In this document: piece after piece, positions 16,523 to 25,791 of the stretch
How the letters are laid out: each line of letters starts with the position of its first letter
Numbering within the stretch: the first letter of the stretch is position 1
DNA from: Edaphobacter aggregans
GTDB taxonomy: Bacteria; Acidobacteriota; Terriglobia; Terriglobales; Acidobacteriaceae
NCBI RefSeq assembly: GCF_003945235.1
Contig: NZ_RSDW01000001.1
Location: forward strand, 2,130,001-2,162,000
DNA: 32,000 bases
Direction: 5' to 3'
Program-made: the position numbers and the translations under genes
Notes under the pieces: model-generated
Database searches by the model: none
The model's input: only the letters and a program-made list of their open reading frames with translations
Told to the model about the DNA's origin: nothing

Positions 16523-16800
16523 CGCTGTGCGTGCGGGGCGTCTGCTTCCGTAACGCGGAGGTGGTCGCCCGGTGCGAGATAGCTCTTGCGGCGGAACCAG
16601 TCTTCCATGCTGCTCTGAAGACGATCGAGAGGAACCCGATACCCCGCTTCTAGAAGGCCATCGGCAACGGGAAGCGTGTCGTCAAAGATGGCATCATTCG
16701 TAAAGTTGCGCATGGAAAAGCTGTCGATCCACTTGATGGGGCAGAGATGCGCTTGCCCGGTTGAGTCGATGCGTTCCACTGTGAGCTTGCGCGCGAACAT
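16519..16800 (-). CDS. Hypothetical protein (93 aa)
   Basis: The ATG at 16800 is 2 nt after the lactonase stop, which suggests an operon. Third-position G+C is high (about 75% over the 40 codons I counted), like core genes. I do not recognise a family. Its 3' end overlaps the convergent ADH gene by 4 nt. Confidence 0.55.
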   Translation of the reverse strand: MFARKLTVERIDSTGQAHLCPIKWIDSFSMRNFTNDAIFDDTLPVADGLLEAGYRVPLDRLQSSMEDWFRRKSYLAPGDHLRVTEADAPHAQR

Positions 16801-16802
16801 CG

Positions 16803-18017
16803 TCAGGCGAACATGGTAAAGAACGGAGAATCGACGGCCAAGGTCTGGATAGGTCCAGTGAGCTTGCCCGTTCCTGCGTCGCGGCGAAAGACCGTAACAG
16901 TGGATGAGCCCTGGTTACCGCAGAGCAGAAATCGACCCGTCGGATCGAGCGTGAACTGGCGAGGAGTCTTACCCCCACACGAGATGCGCTGCACCAACTC
17001 AAGGTGTCCATCCTTTGGTCGGATGGAGAAGACAACCAGCGAGTCCTCTCCGCGATTGCTGACATAGAGAAAAAGCCCGTCGGAAGAGACGGCGATCTCG
17101 GCGGCAGTGTTCTTGTCAGCTGGGAAATCCGGCGCGATGGTCTTGACATGGAAGTTCGCGTTGACCAGTAGCCCCTGCGGATTCTCCTGCGAACTGGTCG
17201 TGGTCCAGAGGAAGTGGTCGATGGTGGAATCGAGCTCATTGACGCCGTAAACCCAGCGGCTGTTGGGATGGAAGGCAACGTGACGCGGACCGGAGCCGGG
17301 ACGCACGCTGAACAGATGAGGATCGCTGGTCGTCAAGTGGCCAGTCTCGTGGTCGATGACAAAGACCGAGATAGCGTCGCTTCCCAGATCGCAGACGAGC
17401 AGAAAACGGTTGTCCGGCGAAATGGTGGCGCAGTGGGGATGTGGCAGGTCCTGCCGCCCGGCGTTGGGGCCGCGCACGCCGAACTTTTGGCGGTCCTTGA
17501 AGTCGATACGGTCGACAGGCTGGCTCAATGTGCCGTCAGGCAGGACGCGATACGAGGCGACACTGCTACCGGCGTAATTGGCCACGAAGGCGGCGTGCCC
17601 GCTGGCATCGACCGAAATATAGGCTGGCCCCGGACCGCCGGCTGAAACCTGACCAACCTGGCTGAGAGCGCCCGTACCGGAATCCTGGATGAAGGTCGTA
17701 ACCGTCCCTTCCGGATCGTTCACTTCATTGACCGAGTAGAGGAAGCGCTTCTGTCCGTTGCGCGGGGGGGACATCGCCATGAAAGACGGCATTGCAGTCG
17801 CTGCGGCGAGGACCGGTGGAGTGAGCTGCCCACTTGCCGGGTCGAACCGCGACTGATAGATGCCCTTGCCGACGCCTTTGCCTGTGTCTGTCCCGAAGTA
17901 GACGAAGACAGGAGCCGGCGGCGGTACTTTTTTCTTTCTAAGTGGGAATGAGGCGAAGCTGCGCGCCGTCGTGGCAAAAGCCGGCAAGAACACGAGAAAT
18001 CTGCGACGAGTAAACAT
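16803..18017 (-). CDS. Tat-exported lactonase-family 7-bladed beta-propeller protein (6-phosphogluconolactonase / YbhE-like)
   Basis: Twin-arginine signal MFTRRRFLVFLPAFATTARSFA. Repeated propeller-blade motifs of PF10282 type: RFLYSVNE, AFVANYAGSSVASY, PHPHCATISPDNRFLLVCDLGSD, PRHVAFHPNSRWVYGVNELDST, LFLYVSNRGEDSLVVF and RFLLCGNQGSSTVTVF. Confidence 0.8.
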   Translation of the reverse strand: MFTRRRFLVFLPAFATTARSFASFPLRKKKVPPPAPVFVYFGTDTGKGVGKGIYQSRFDPASGQLTPPVLAAATAMPSFMAMSPPRNGQKRFLYSVNEVNDPEGTVTTFIQDSGTGALSQVGQVSAGGPGPAYISVDASGHAAFVANYAGSSVASYRVLPDGTLSQPVDRIDFKDRQKFGVRGPNAGRQDLPHPHCATISPDNRFLLVCDLGSDAISVFVIDHETGHLTTSDPHLFSVRPGSGPRHVAFHPNSRWVYGVNELDSTIDHFLWTTTSSQENPQGLLVNANFHVKTIAPDFPADKNTAAEIAVSSDGLFLYVSNRGEDSLVVFSIRPKDGHLELVQRISCGGKTPRQFTLDPTGRFLLCGNQGSSTVTVFRRDAGTGKLTGPIQTLAVDSPFFTMFA

Positions 18018-18037
18018 GAAGGCTGGACCTCGCGGAG

Positions 18038-18469
18038 CTAGGCTGGTTCTCCTGGGAGATGGATCTGCATTTCATCCTCGGGCCGCAGGTCTTCGTTGAT
18101 CACGGGGAGGCTGGGAAGATTGTCGGTTCGGCCAGCTTCTTTGACGACGGCATTGGCGTGCTCGAGCACCTCGTCAATGGTCATGGTGTACATCTCGCGG
18201 CCGTTGTCGTAGCCGGACTGGATGGCATGCTGGAGGTACCGTCCGGCGGTCTGTGCGGCGAGATAGTCGGTAATAACGTAGCCTGTGCGGCGCTTATGCT
18301 CAACCCAGGCAAGATTGGGCATGGCGATCCAGACGGGCTTACCGTTGACGGCAAACCGGATGTCGGTGGCGTCGGCATGGCGGGTGGCGATAGCGACGAC
18401 GGTTCCCTTCCAAACGCAGTGGAGCTGTTCGTCAGTCCAGCGGTCGGTCACTTTAAAGTCTTCATACAT
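18038..18469 (-). CDS. Hypothetical soluble protein (143 aa)
   Basis: ORF with very high third-position G+C (core-like codon usage). No TM segment, no zinc anti-sigma (HxxxCxxC) motif and no family I recognise. It lies 102 bp downstream of the ECF sigma gene and 20 bp upstream of the lactonase gene. Confidence 0.6.
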   Translation of the reverse strand: MYEDFKVTDRWTDEQLHCVWKGTVVAIATRHADATDIRFAVNGKPVWIAMPNLAWVEHKRRTGYVITDYLAAQTAGRYLQHAIQSGYDNGREMYTMTIDEVLEHANAVVKEAGRTDNLPSLPVINEDLRPEDEMQIHLPGEPA

Positions 18470-18571
18470 GGTTGGTTCTAGATTAGTTCAGCGTCGGAGG
18501 ATGGGCAAGGTCGGGCATGAATAGCGCACAAGCCGCGCAGAGAGAGGAAGCACCTTCCAGCCAAAGCGCTG

Positions 18572-19138
18572 TCAGCTCGTTTGCCGAACTTCTTTGAACA
18601 ACCAAATCCTGGCCAGGGCCCAGTCGCGCTTCACCGATCGGGGCGCCACACCCAGAATATTTGCGACCTGCTCGACAGAAAGCCCGCCAAAGTAGCGAAG
18701 TTCCACAACCCTGGCCTGTCTGGGGTTCAACGCTTCGAGTCTTGTCAGTGCATCATCGAGAAGCAGCAATTCGCTGGAACGCTCCTGCGAGATCGCTACA
18801 TTATCATCCAGTTCGACTCGCACGAAGCCGCCGCCCCGCATAGCCGCCGTATGCGCTCGAGCGTGATCGACCAGCACCCGACGCATCACATTCGCAGCAA
18901 CCCCGATAAAGTGCTCGCGGTTCTGCCAGTCGATATCTTCCTGAGCAAGCCGCAGGTATGCTTCATTGATGAGAGCCGTCGGCTGCAGGGTATGGTCCTT
19001 CCGCTCCCTGTGCATATACGCCGCCGCCAGTCGATGCAATTCGCTGTAGACAAGCGGCAGCAGCTTATCTGCGGCAGAGTGGTCCCCGGTTTTCATCGCT
19101 TTCAAAAGAATCGTGACCTGGCCATCTGGAGCAGACAT
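18572..19138 (-). CDS. ECF-type RNA polymerase sigma factor (Sigma70_ECF / TIGR02999-like)
   Basis: VTILLKAMKTGDHSAADKLLPLVYSELHRLAAAYMHRERKDHTLQPTALINEAYLRL... and the region 4 segment RQARVVELRYFGGLSVEQVANILGVAPRSVKRDW. Start set at ATG 19138 (GAGG 6 nt upstream); GTG 19150 is an alternative. Confidence 0.85.
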   Translation of the reverse strand: MSAPDGQVTILLKAMKTGDHSAADKLLPLVYSELHRLAAAYMHRERKDHTLQPTALINEAYLRLAQEDIDWQNREHFIGVAANVMRRVLVDHARAHTAAMRGGGFVRVELDDNVAISQERSSELLLLDDALTRLEALNPRQARVVELRYFGGLSVEQVANILGVAPRSVKRDWALARIWLFKEVRQTS

Positions 19139-19253
19139 GGAGTGCCTCACAACGATACGAAGGCGAACTTCTCACAAGCTGGATAGACCCGTTTCCCTGG
19201 CCTCCATTCTGCTCCATTGAAGTGGCGTTTGCCAGAAGCATCTTTCCGGAAGC

Positions 19254-20657
19254 TCAGATACCCAACTCCGCGCGGATAGCATTGGCGATCGTATCCGCAT
19301 GGTGGCGCATCAGAGGCTCAGACTCAGCCTCAATCATCACCCGCGCCAGCGCCTCAGTCCCCGAGTAGCGAATCACCACCCGGCCCGAGTCAGCAAGCTC
19401 CTGCTCGGCCGCAAGAATCGCCTCAACCACCGCCGGGATGGTATCGAGCGGCCTCTTCTCGCGTACCTTCACGTTGACGATCACCTGCGGAAAAACCTTC
19501 AGGTCAGCAATCAACTCCGAGAGCGTCTTGCCGCACCGATGGACGATATCGAGCAGCAACAATGCAGTCAGCAGCCCATCGCCAGTGGTCCCGCGACCAG
19601 TGAAGATAATGTGGCCGGACTGTTCCCCACCAAGCGCAGCGCCCGTCGAGATCATCTGCTCGAGTACGTATTTATCGCCCACAGCAGCGCGGAGCATCTG
19701 AATCCCACTGCGCTTCAACGCCGCCTCAAGCCCCATGTTCGACATAGTCGTCGCGACAACCGTGGAATTCGTAAGCAGACCCCGCGCCTGCAAATCACGC
19801 GCTGCAAGCAGCAGCACAGCGTCTCCGTTCACGACGCAGCCGTGCTCGTCAGCAAAGAGCGCACGGTCAGCGTCGCCGTCGAAGGTGATCCCCATGGAAG
19901 CGCCCTGCACCTTCACCTGCGCGGCCACAATCTCAGGATGCAACGCGCCGCAGTTCTCGTTGATATTGCGACCATCAGGACTCGCATGAGTGATGATGAT
20001 CTCGCCGCCGAGTCCGGCAAAGACCTGCGGAGCAACCGCAGAAGCGGCGCCGTTGGCACAGTCGATCACAATGCGCTTGCCATCAAGTGAAAGCCCGGGA
20101 ACCGCTGCCAGCAGAAAGCGCACATAGTCGGCTCGGTCGGCCTCGTTGACGGGGGGTGGGACGGTTTGTGCTGGAACTGTTTTTCGCGAATGAACATCAA
20201 TGCCAAAAGCCCCGAGTACACGCTGCGGCAAATTCGATGCGCCGGGCTCGAGCCGCCGAAAGATCTCGTCTTCGATTGCAAGCTCAGTAGAGTCGGGTAG
20301 TTTGTAGCCGTCTGGCCCAAAGACCTTGATGCCATTGTCCTGCCATGGATTGTGTGACGCCGAAATCACGATGCCGGCGGCGAATCCATGCGTGCGTGTA
20401 AGAAAAGCGATGGCCGGAGTGGTGATAACACCAGCGCTCTCGACAGAAGCTCCACCGGCAACAAGGCCAGCCGTAAGCGTGGCAGCGATCCACGAGCCTG
20501 ATTCGCGCGTATCCATGCCGAGAACGACGCGCGGTGATGGAGACGCGGCGGCAAGCGAGTGCGCGAGGGCCAGTCCGATGGCGTAGATCGTAGGTGCGTC
20601 AAGGGGGGTCTGACCGGCGACGGCGCGAATGCCATCGGTTCCAAAAAGCTTCTTCAT
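19254..20657 (-). CDS. glmM: Phosphoglucosamine mutase
   Basis: MKKLFGTDGIRAV..., the active-site loop ISASHNPWQDNGIKVF, the Mg site FDGDADR, and GGEQSGH. Confidence 0.92.
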   Translation of the reverse strand: MKKLFGTDGIRAVAGQTPLDAPTIYAIGLALAHSLAAASPSPRVVLGMDTRESGSWIAATLTAGLVAGGASVESAGVITTPAIAFLTRTHGFAAGIVISASHNPWQDNGIKVFGPDGYKLPDSTELAIEDEIFRRLEPGASNLPQRVLGAFGIDVHSRKTVPAQTVPPPVNEADRADYVRFLLAAVPGLSLDGKRIVIDCANGAASAVAPQVFAGLGGEIIITHASPDGRNINENCGALHPEIVAAQVKVQGASMGITFDGDADRALFADEHGCVVNGDAVLLLAARDLQARGLLTNSTVVATTMSNMGLEAALKRSGIQMLRAAVGDKYVLEQMISTGAALGGEQSGHIIFTGRGTTGDGLLTALLLLDIVHRCGKTLSELIADLKVFPQVIVNVKVREKRPLDTIPAVVEAILAAEQELADSGRVVIRYSGTEALARVMIEAESEPLMRHHADTIANAIRAELGI

Positions 20658-22009
20658 GTATTGCTGGTCTCCGTTGTTTTTGTATCGGTTACTTGTGCTT
20701 CAAGGCTACCTTGGGAGAGCCGCGCACGAATCATCTGTCCTGCAGCAGTCTCCGATGCAGCACGCAACACTGTCCCATCAGCTGCATAAACAATAGCGTA
20801 GCCGCGCGACAAAACAGCAAGCGGCGAAAGCGCTTCAAGCCGAGCTGCAGCGCGGTTGAGCCGATTCCAACGCGGCGAAAGCATCTGCGACGCGGCACGC
20901 TCAAAACGAGCAACATCCTGCTGAAGCCGTCGCTGCGCACGAGCAATCCGCAGCGAAACATCCTGCCTGCGAAGCCGTTCCGACAACCCGCCAAGGCGAG
21001 CCGCAGGAAGCCGCAAACGACGCGCAGCAGCGGACTCCAGTCGCAGACGCAACTCATCAATCCGCTGATCCCTGCGACTCACCGCATCATGCAGACGCGT
21101 CAACACAGACTCCGCCGAAAGCCGGGCATACCGCTGACGAGCATGCATCAGGTGAAACCGCCCGGCTCGATGCACACGCATCGCAAGCGACTGCACCCGC
21201 TCCTCAATCCGATGCTGCGCCGCAGTAACCAGCTCAGCAGCCGCGGACGGCGTAGGCGCGCGAAGATCGGCGACAAAGTCCGCAATCGTAAAGTCCGTCT
21301 CGTGGCCAATCGCTGAAACCACAGGGATCTTAGAACCCGCAATCACCCGCGCCAGCGACTCATCGTTGAAGCCCGCAAGATCTTCCATCGAGCCGCCGCC
21401 CCGCGCAATCACGATAACGTCAGCGAGCGAAGAATTCTTATTGAACCAGCGAACACCCGCAGCAACCGAAGCCGCACAATTCACACCCTGCATCGTCGCC
21501 GGAAAGACCAGCAAATTGAGCCGCGCGTGACGCCGCCGAATGACATTGACGATATCGCGTATCACAGCGCCCGTCGGCGAGGTGATGATCCCAACGCACG
21601 CCGGAAACGCTGGCAACGCACGTTTGCGCGCCGCGTCGAAGAGCCCCTCAGCAAGCAGGCGTGCCTTCAGCTGCTCAAAAGCCAATTGAAGCGCTCCAGC
21701 CCCGCGCGGCTCCATTGTCTCGGCCACCAGCTGAAGCTGCCCCCGCGTGTCGTAGATCGAGATGCGTCCTCGCACCAGCACCGCAAGTCCATCTGCCGGA
21801 CGAAACCGCAGCAGTAAAGCCTGCCGCCGGAACAGCACAACCGGCAGCTGCGCCTCCCCGTCCTTAAGCGTGAAATAAACGTGCCCCGAGGGAGCAATGC
21901 GGCAGTTAGAGATCTCGCCCTCGACCCACAGGTCGGTATAGGCCGTCTCAACGTGCTGGCGGACGTCAGCGACCAGCGCGCGGACGCTCCAGATACGGCG
22001 CTCGGACAC
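20654..22009 (-). CDS. xseA: Exodeoxyribonuclease VII large subunit. The start is unresolved: GTG 22009 is preferred; ATG 22288 or ATG 22318 would add up to 103 low-complexity codons.
   Basis: The OB-fold N-terminus VRALVADVRQHVETAYTDLWVEGEISNCRIAPSGHVYFTLKD sits ~8 codons after GTG 22009, as in E. coli XseA. Catalytic-domain motifs ITSPTGA, IARGGGS.EDL and SAIGHETD are present. In my hand count, third-position G+C is ~58% in the 93 upstream in-frame codons versus ~82% in the first 57 core codons. The stop overlaps the glmM start (ATGA). Confidence 0.8.
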   Translation of the reverse strand: MSERRIWSVRALVADVRQHVETAYTDLWVEGEISNCRIAPSGHVYFTLKDGEAQLPVVLFRRQALLLRFRPADGLAVLVRGRISIYDTRGQLQLVAETMEPRGAGALQLAFEQLKARLLAEGLFDAARKRALPAFPACVGIITSPTGAVIRDIVNVIRRRHARLNLLVFPATMQGVNCAASVAAGVRWFNKNSSLADVIVIARGGGSMEDLAGFNDESLARVIAGSKIPVVSAIGHETDFTIADFVADLRAPTPSAAAELVTAAQHRIEERVQSLAMRVHRAGRFHLMHARQRYARLSAESVLTRLHDAVSRRDQRIDELRLRLESAAARRLRLPAARLGGLSERLRRQDVSLRIARAQRRLQQDVARFERAASQMLSPRWNRLNRAAARLEALSPLAVLSRGYAIVYAADGTVLRAASETAAGQMIRARLSQGSLEAQVTDTKTTETSNT

Positions 22010-22328
22010 CGCCCGCCGCGGAGATGATGCAGGCGGAGTGGCAACGCTTTCCGGCTGCGACACCCCCTGAGGCTCCAAAGCCGGTACGGCAGCAGCCTCA
22101 GCCACCGGCAAGAGCAAATCCTCAGGGCCTGAATCCAATCCAAAGAGAAGACCAGTCTGATGGAAGCCCTCCGCAGCCGATGCCGAAGGTGCAGCCTGCG
22201 AGCCAGATGGCCGCCTTGGCGCACGCACATGTCCCCGGCGCGCTCGAAGGCTGGCGAGGGTGGGCAGATTGTCTTGCTTTTCGGACATACCGCCCCTGAG
22301 TCTAGCATCGCGGGGCATGGCTCCCGAG

Positions 22329-22553
22329 CTAGCGACGGAAGTGGTTGATAAGCCACAAGATCAGGCTAAGGATGACGCTGACTACGATAGAACTCGCCAG
22401 GGGAAATGAGACCGTCCAGCCCCTGCCGCGCCAGGAGAAGTCGCCCGGGAGACGTCCGATGGGAAGGTTGAAGCGTCCCAACGCAACCACAACCAACCCG
22501 GCGACGAGCAAGAGAAGTCCGAAGAAGATAAGAATTCGGCCGAGGTCAGACAT
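22329..22553 (-). CDS. DUF2905-family small membrane protein
   Basis: MSDLGRILIFFGLLLLVAGLVVVALGRFNLPIGRLPGDFSWRGRGWTVSFPLASSIVVSVILSLILWLINHF matches the characteristic LPGD...F.FP..TS...S..L family pattern. Confidence 0.75.
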   Translation of the reverse strand: MSDLGRILIFFGLLLLVAGLVVVALGRFNLPIGRLPGDFSWRGRGWTVSFPLASSIVVSVILSLILWLINHFRR

Positions 22554-22563
22554 GAGAATCGGA

Positions 22564-22956
22564 CTACGCGCTGGAAAGCATGGCGGCGGCATGGCGAAGA
22601 AGTTCAGCCGGCTGACAGGGCTTGGTAAGGATGCCTACAGGCCGCGGAAGCTTGCTGGACTGCTCCCGCACGTTCAGCAGATTCGAATAAAAGCCCGTAA
22701 GAACGATGATCCGGCAGGAAGGCAGTTCTCGGGTGATGTCGAGCACCAGGCCAAGGCCGTCCTTGCCGGGCATCGTAATGTCGCAGAGCAGCAGATCGGG
22801 AACAAACTCACGGGCGCACACAAGAGCCTCATCGGTAGAGTAAGCGGTACGCGCATCGAAACCGCTCTTTCCGAAGATAAGGCCCAGCGTGTCAGCAACC
22901 AGTCGATCGTCGTCGACCACCAGGACTCGCCGCGGATTTTCACTTGCGTCTAGCAT
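22564..22956 (-). CDS. Stand-alone response regulator receiver domain (CheY-like)
   Basis: Acidic pocket VLVVDDD, phospho-acceptor context DLLLCDITMPGKDG, then IIVLTG and ILTKP (conserved Thr/Lys). There is no output domain. Confidence 0.85.
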   Translation of the reverse strand: MLDASENPRRVLVVDDDRLVADTLGLIFGKSGFDARTAYSTDEALVCAREFVPDLLLCDITMPGKDGLGLVLDITRELPSCRIIVLTGFYSNLLNVREQSSKLPRPVGILTKPCQPAELLRHAAAMLSSA

Positions 22957-23051
22957 CCGGAGTTCTAAACCTTGTTGTTGCAGCTTAGGCCGATAGAGAG
23001 GGGTTGTCTAATAAAAATCAATCATTTTAATCAACCCAAGACCCCCAAAAG

Positions 23052-24338
23052 TTGTTAGACCCGGTAATCATCGCGACTCCCAAACCCCGGCTAAAGACTC
23101 GCTCTGGTAAGGTTTACCCATACCCTGATGATGGACATCTCAAAGGACTTTCCTTGCATATTGTAGCTTTGATCGCCGGAATCCTCTGCTGCGCTGGGGT
23201 CGCGCTGGACGCGTTCCAGACGATCATTCTGCCGCGCCGGCCCACCGGTCGCATTCGCATCACCCGATTCTTCTTTCTCGCCTCCTGGGATCCATGGGCC
23301 GCCTGGGCCGAAAGAACCCGCAACAAGGGCATGCGCGAACAGATTTACAGCGTCTACGGCCCACTCTCTCTCCTGCTGCTTCTTCTCCTGTGGGCGGCTT
23401 TGCTTATCTTCGGATTCAGCTTCTTCTTTTACGCGCTCGGATCGCCCTTCACCGATGTCATGGGGGTGCACACAGCATCGGGATTACGCAACTATGGAAC
23501 CGACCTGTATGTCAGTGGAACGACGCTCTTTACGCTTGGACTCGGAGACGTAGTCCCGCATAGCCTCCCGGCTCGGGCGCTGATTATCGCCGAATCCGGC
23601 GTCGGCCTTGCCTTTGTCGCCCTGGTGATCGGCTACCTGCCCGTGCTGTATCAGGCGTTCTCGCGACGCGAAGTCAGCATCGCCCTGCTCGACGCTCGCG
23701 CCGGCTCTCCCCCGACCGCTGGCGAGCTGCTGCGACGCCACAGCTTCGAAGGCGGCGAAGAGGCCCTGATCAACCTGCTGGCCGAGTGGGAGCGATGGTC
23801 CGCTGAGATCCTCGAGTCGCACATCTCCTACCCGATTCTCTGCTACTACCGTTCCCAGCACGACAACCAGAGCTGGCTGTCCGCACTGGTGGCAATCCTC
23901 GATACCTGCTCCTTGCTGATCTCAGTCGTCGAAGGAAAGCCCTCACGGCAGGCACAGCTCACGTTCGTGATGGCGCGCCACGCTCTCGTCGACCTTGGCC
24001 ATGTCTTCCATCAGGAGAAGAAGACGGCCATCCTGCGGCAAGGCTGCCCCGAACGATTGCCCGCAGCAGAGTTCGACCGGCTGTGTAGTGCACTTGGCGA
24101 GTTTAACTTGCGCCTATGTGGCGACCAGGCCGCGGCAAAAAGGCTTCACACAGTGCGGGGACTGTACGAGCCGGAGGCCATTGCGCTGTCGACCTATCTG
24201 CGGATGCCACTGCCGCAATGGTCCTCAGAGCCACGCGAGAAGGACCAATGGCGCATCCTCACGAAGCTGCGGACTGAGGCTGAAGCAGTCAGTGGCCGTG
24301 GCGAATCGGCATTCCTGCACGATGACCACGGCCACTGA
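23052..24338 (+). CDS. Two-TM potassium-channel-like pore protein with a ~250-aa C-terminal domain of unknown function
   Basis: TM1 (LSLLLLLLLWAALLIFGFSFFFYAL), a pore helix and filter (LYVSGTTLFTLGLGDVVP), then TM2 (ALIIAESGVGLAFVALVIGYLPVLY). There is no in-frame ATG before residue ~94. The start is TTG 23052 or TTG 23154 (AAGGA 6 nt upstream). Confidence 0.65.
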   Translation: MLDPVIIATPKPRLKTRSGKVYPYPDDGHLKGLSLHIVALIAGILCCAGVALDAFQTIILPRRPTGRIRITRFFFLASWDPWAAWAERTRNKGMREQIYSVYGPLSLLLLLLLWAALLIFGFSFFFYALGSPFTDVMGVHTASGLRNYGTDLYVSGTTLFTLGLGDVVPHSLPARALIIAESGVGLAFVALVIGYLPVLYQAFSRREVSIALLDARAGSPPTAGELLRRHSFEGGEEALINLLAEWERWSAEILESHISYPILCYYRSQHDNQSWLSALVAILDTCSLLISVVEGKPSRQAQLTFVMARHALVDLGHVFHQEKKTAILRQGCPERLPAAEFDRLCSALGEFNLRLCGDQAAAKRLHTVRGLYEPEAIALSTYLRMPLPQWSSEPREKDQWRILTKLRTEAEAVSGRGESAFLHDDHGH

Positions 24339-24361
24339 GACTTGACGATTTCTAAGAAAGC

Positions 24362-25099
24362 CTACTGCTGCATAGCCGGACCGGCTGCGGCAGCAGGATT
24401 GAGCTTCTGCGCGGCCAGCATCCCGGCGGGACCCTTGGAGTCCTTGTCCTTCAGCTGAGCGTAGATCTTCTTCGCAGCATCCGCCTTGCCCTGACCCTCG
24501 TACAGTTCAGCAAGCTGAAGCTGCGCAGTCCCGGCCGAAACGGTCGTAGTCGGCTTGGCGATAATCTCGTTGTAGAGGTCGATGGCCTGAGCGTCACGGC
24601 CCGTCTGGCGATAGAGCTGCGCCAGGGCAAGCTTGCCGAGAGCAGCCAGCTCACTGTCCCAACCACCTGCAACCTGCTTGAGCGCAGCTTCTGCGGAGGC
24701 GTTCTGCCCCCCTTCCATGGCCGTGAGTCCGGCGAAGTAGCGCGACAGCTTGCCAGAGGGGGTCATGCCGTACTTGTCAGCAGCGGCGGTGAAGAGCGCG
24801 TTGGCGGCCTTCGCGCGATCTGTAACCGAGGGGAAGGTCTTCACCCCGGGAGGCACCTGCTGGCCGGGCTGGGCGAGCGGCGTCTGGTACGCCTGCATGG
24901 CCTCACCGAAGGCGACAGAGGCCTGGTCGGCGCGGTGGTTGTAGACAAGCGCGCCCACAATGGCGACAAACAGCACCGCAACCACAATGACGCTGGTGAT
25001 GATAAGCGGGCGGCGATTTTCGCTGGCCCACTCGAGGCCTTGGTGAGTAGTGTCGACGAACTGGTCGTGCTTGAGGGCGTGTCTGGTCTGCTGATCCAC
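24362..25099 (-). CDS. Membrane-anchored TPR-like protein (YfgM-like architecture)
   Basis: N-terminal cytoplasmic segment, a single TM (LIITSVIVVAVLFVAIVGALV), then helical-repeat (TPR-like) content such as LALAQLYRQTGRDAQAIDLYNEII and AQLQLAELYEGQGKADAAKKIY. Confidence 0.6.
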   Translation of the reverse strand: MDQQTRHALKHDQFVDTTHQGLEWASENRRPLIITSVIVVAVLFVAIVGALVYNHRADQASVAFGEAMQAYQTPLAQPGQQVPPGVKTFPSVTDRAKAANALFTAAADKYGMTPSGKLSRYFAGLTAMEGGQNASAEAALKQVAGGWDSELAALGKLALAQLYRQTGRDAQAIDLYNEIIAKPTTTVSAGTAQLQLAELYEGQGKADAAKKIYAQLKDKDSKGPAGMLAAQKLNPAAAAGPAMQQ

Positions 25100-25248
25100 T
25101 GGTTCGGTTTCCTTTATGCTTCGCTGCGGTCTGTCCGCTTCGAAAGAACTGTTTGCGCAACTACTCGACGCAGAACTTTAAGTCTATCAGGCACCAGCAT
25201 TCCGCAACCCGGCCGTACCCTCCCGTTAAACCGAAACTCGCTCAAAAA

Positions 25249-25740
25249 TCAGGGCTTCTCCGGCCAATCTTTATCTGGACTGACGGGAAGCGGCTGATCA
25301 GGACCAAGGTTCTCGGGGTGGATGGCCGCAAAGATGAAGTTTTCCGGAGCAACCGGATCCCCCGCCAACCGCCGCAACATCGCCAACTGACCGGCATGCG
25401 TCATGGCATCAGAAAATGGCCCCTGCAGAAGAACCTCCGCAGTGATGCCCTGAAACTCGCTCCCCTGCTCCAGATGACGCGCAAGATCTTCCACGATCTC
25501 GTGGAAGTGCGCCACCGCATCATTGAAAGGCAGCACAGGGGGCCGATAGCTCCCACCAATGAAAAAAGTCCGCGAGTACCCCAGGACGCTGTCCATATGA
25601 CTGACTAGTTCATGAGGCGTACGAACCTTGCCACCTGCACGAAAATCAGCGAAATCCGGCGGAGCATCGCGAAGGGCCTTCTGCGTTCTATAAGCAAGCG
25701 CCGCCAGAAAATGCCGCAGCATCATCCGCTTCTCATCCAT
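25249..25740 (-). CDS. DinB-superfamily (four-helix-bundle) protein
   Basis: HELVSHMDSVL..., the ...FSDAMTHAGQLAMLRRLAGDPV pattern typical of DinB/YfiT-like proteins, and conserved His residues spaced as in the metal-binding triad. Confidence 0.55.
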   Translation of the reverse strand: MDEKRMMLRHFLAALAYRTQKALRDAPPDFADFRAGGKVRTPHELVSHMDSVLGYSRTFFIGGSYRPPVLPFNDAVAHFHEIVEDLARHLEQGSEFQGITAEVLLQGPFSDAMTHAGQLAMLRRLAGDPVAPENFIFAAIHPENLGPDQPLPVSPDKDWPEKP

Positions 25741-25791
25741 ACCTGAGCCCCTTCCCGTAGATTTTCTCTCGACTGTAAATCAACAGGAAGA

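Noticed and set aside
22010-22318. 103-codon Ala/Pro/Ser-rich N-terminal extension of xseA implied by the track ORF
   Set aside because: Third-position G+C drops from ~82% in the first 57 core codons to ~58% in the extension (93 codons, hand count). A GTG at 22009 gives a canonical-length XseA with the OB fold at the normal offset. I therefore treat 22010-22328 as probably non-coding. It contains an 8-bp inverted repeat (22067-22074 with 22094-22101), though the longer start cannot be excluded.
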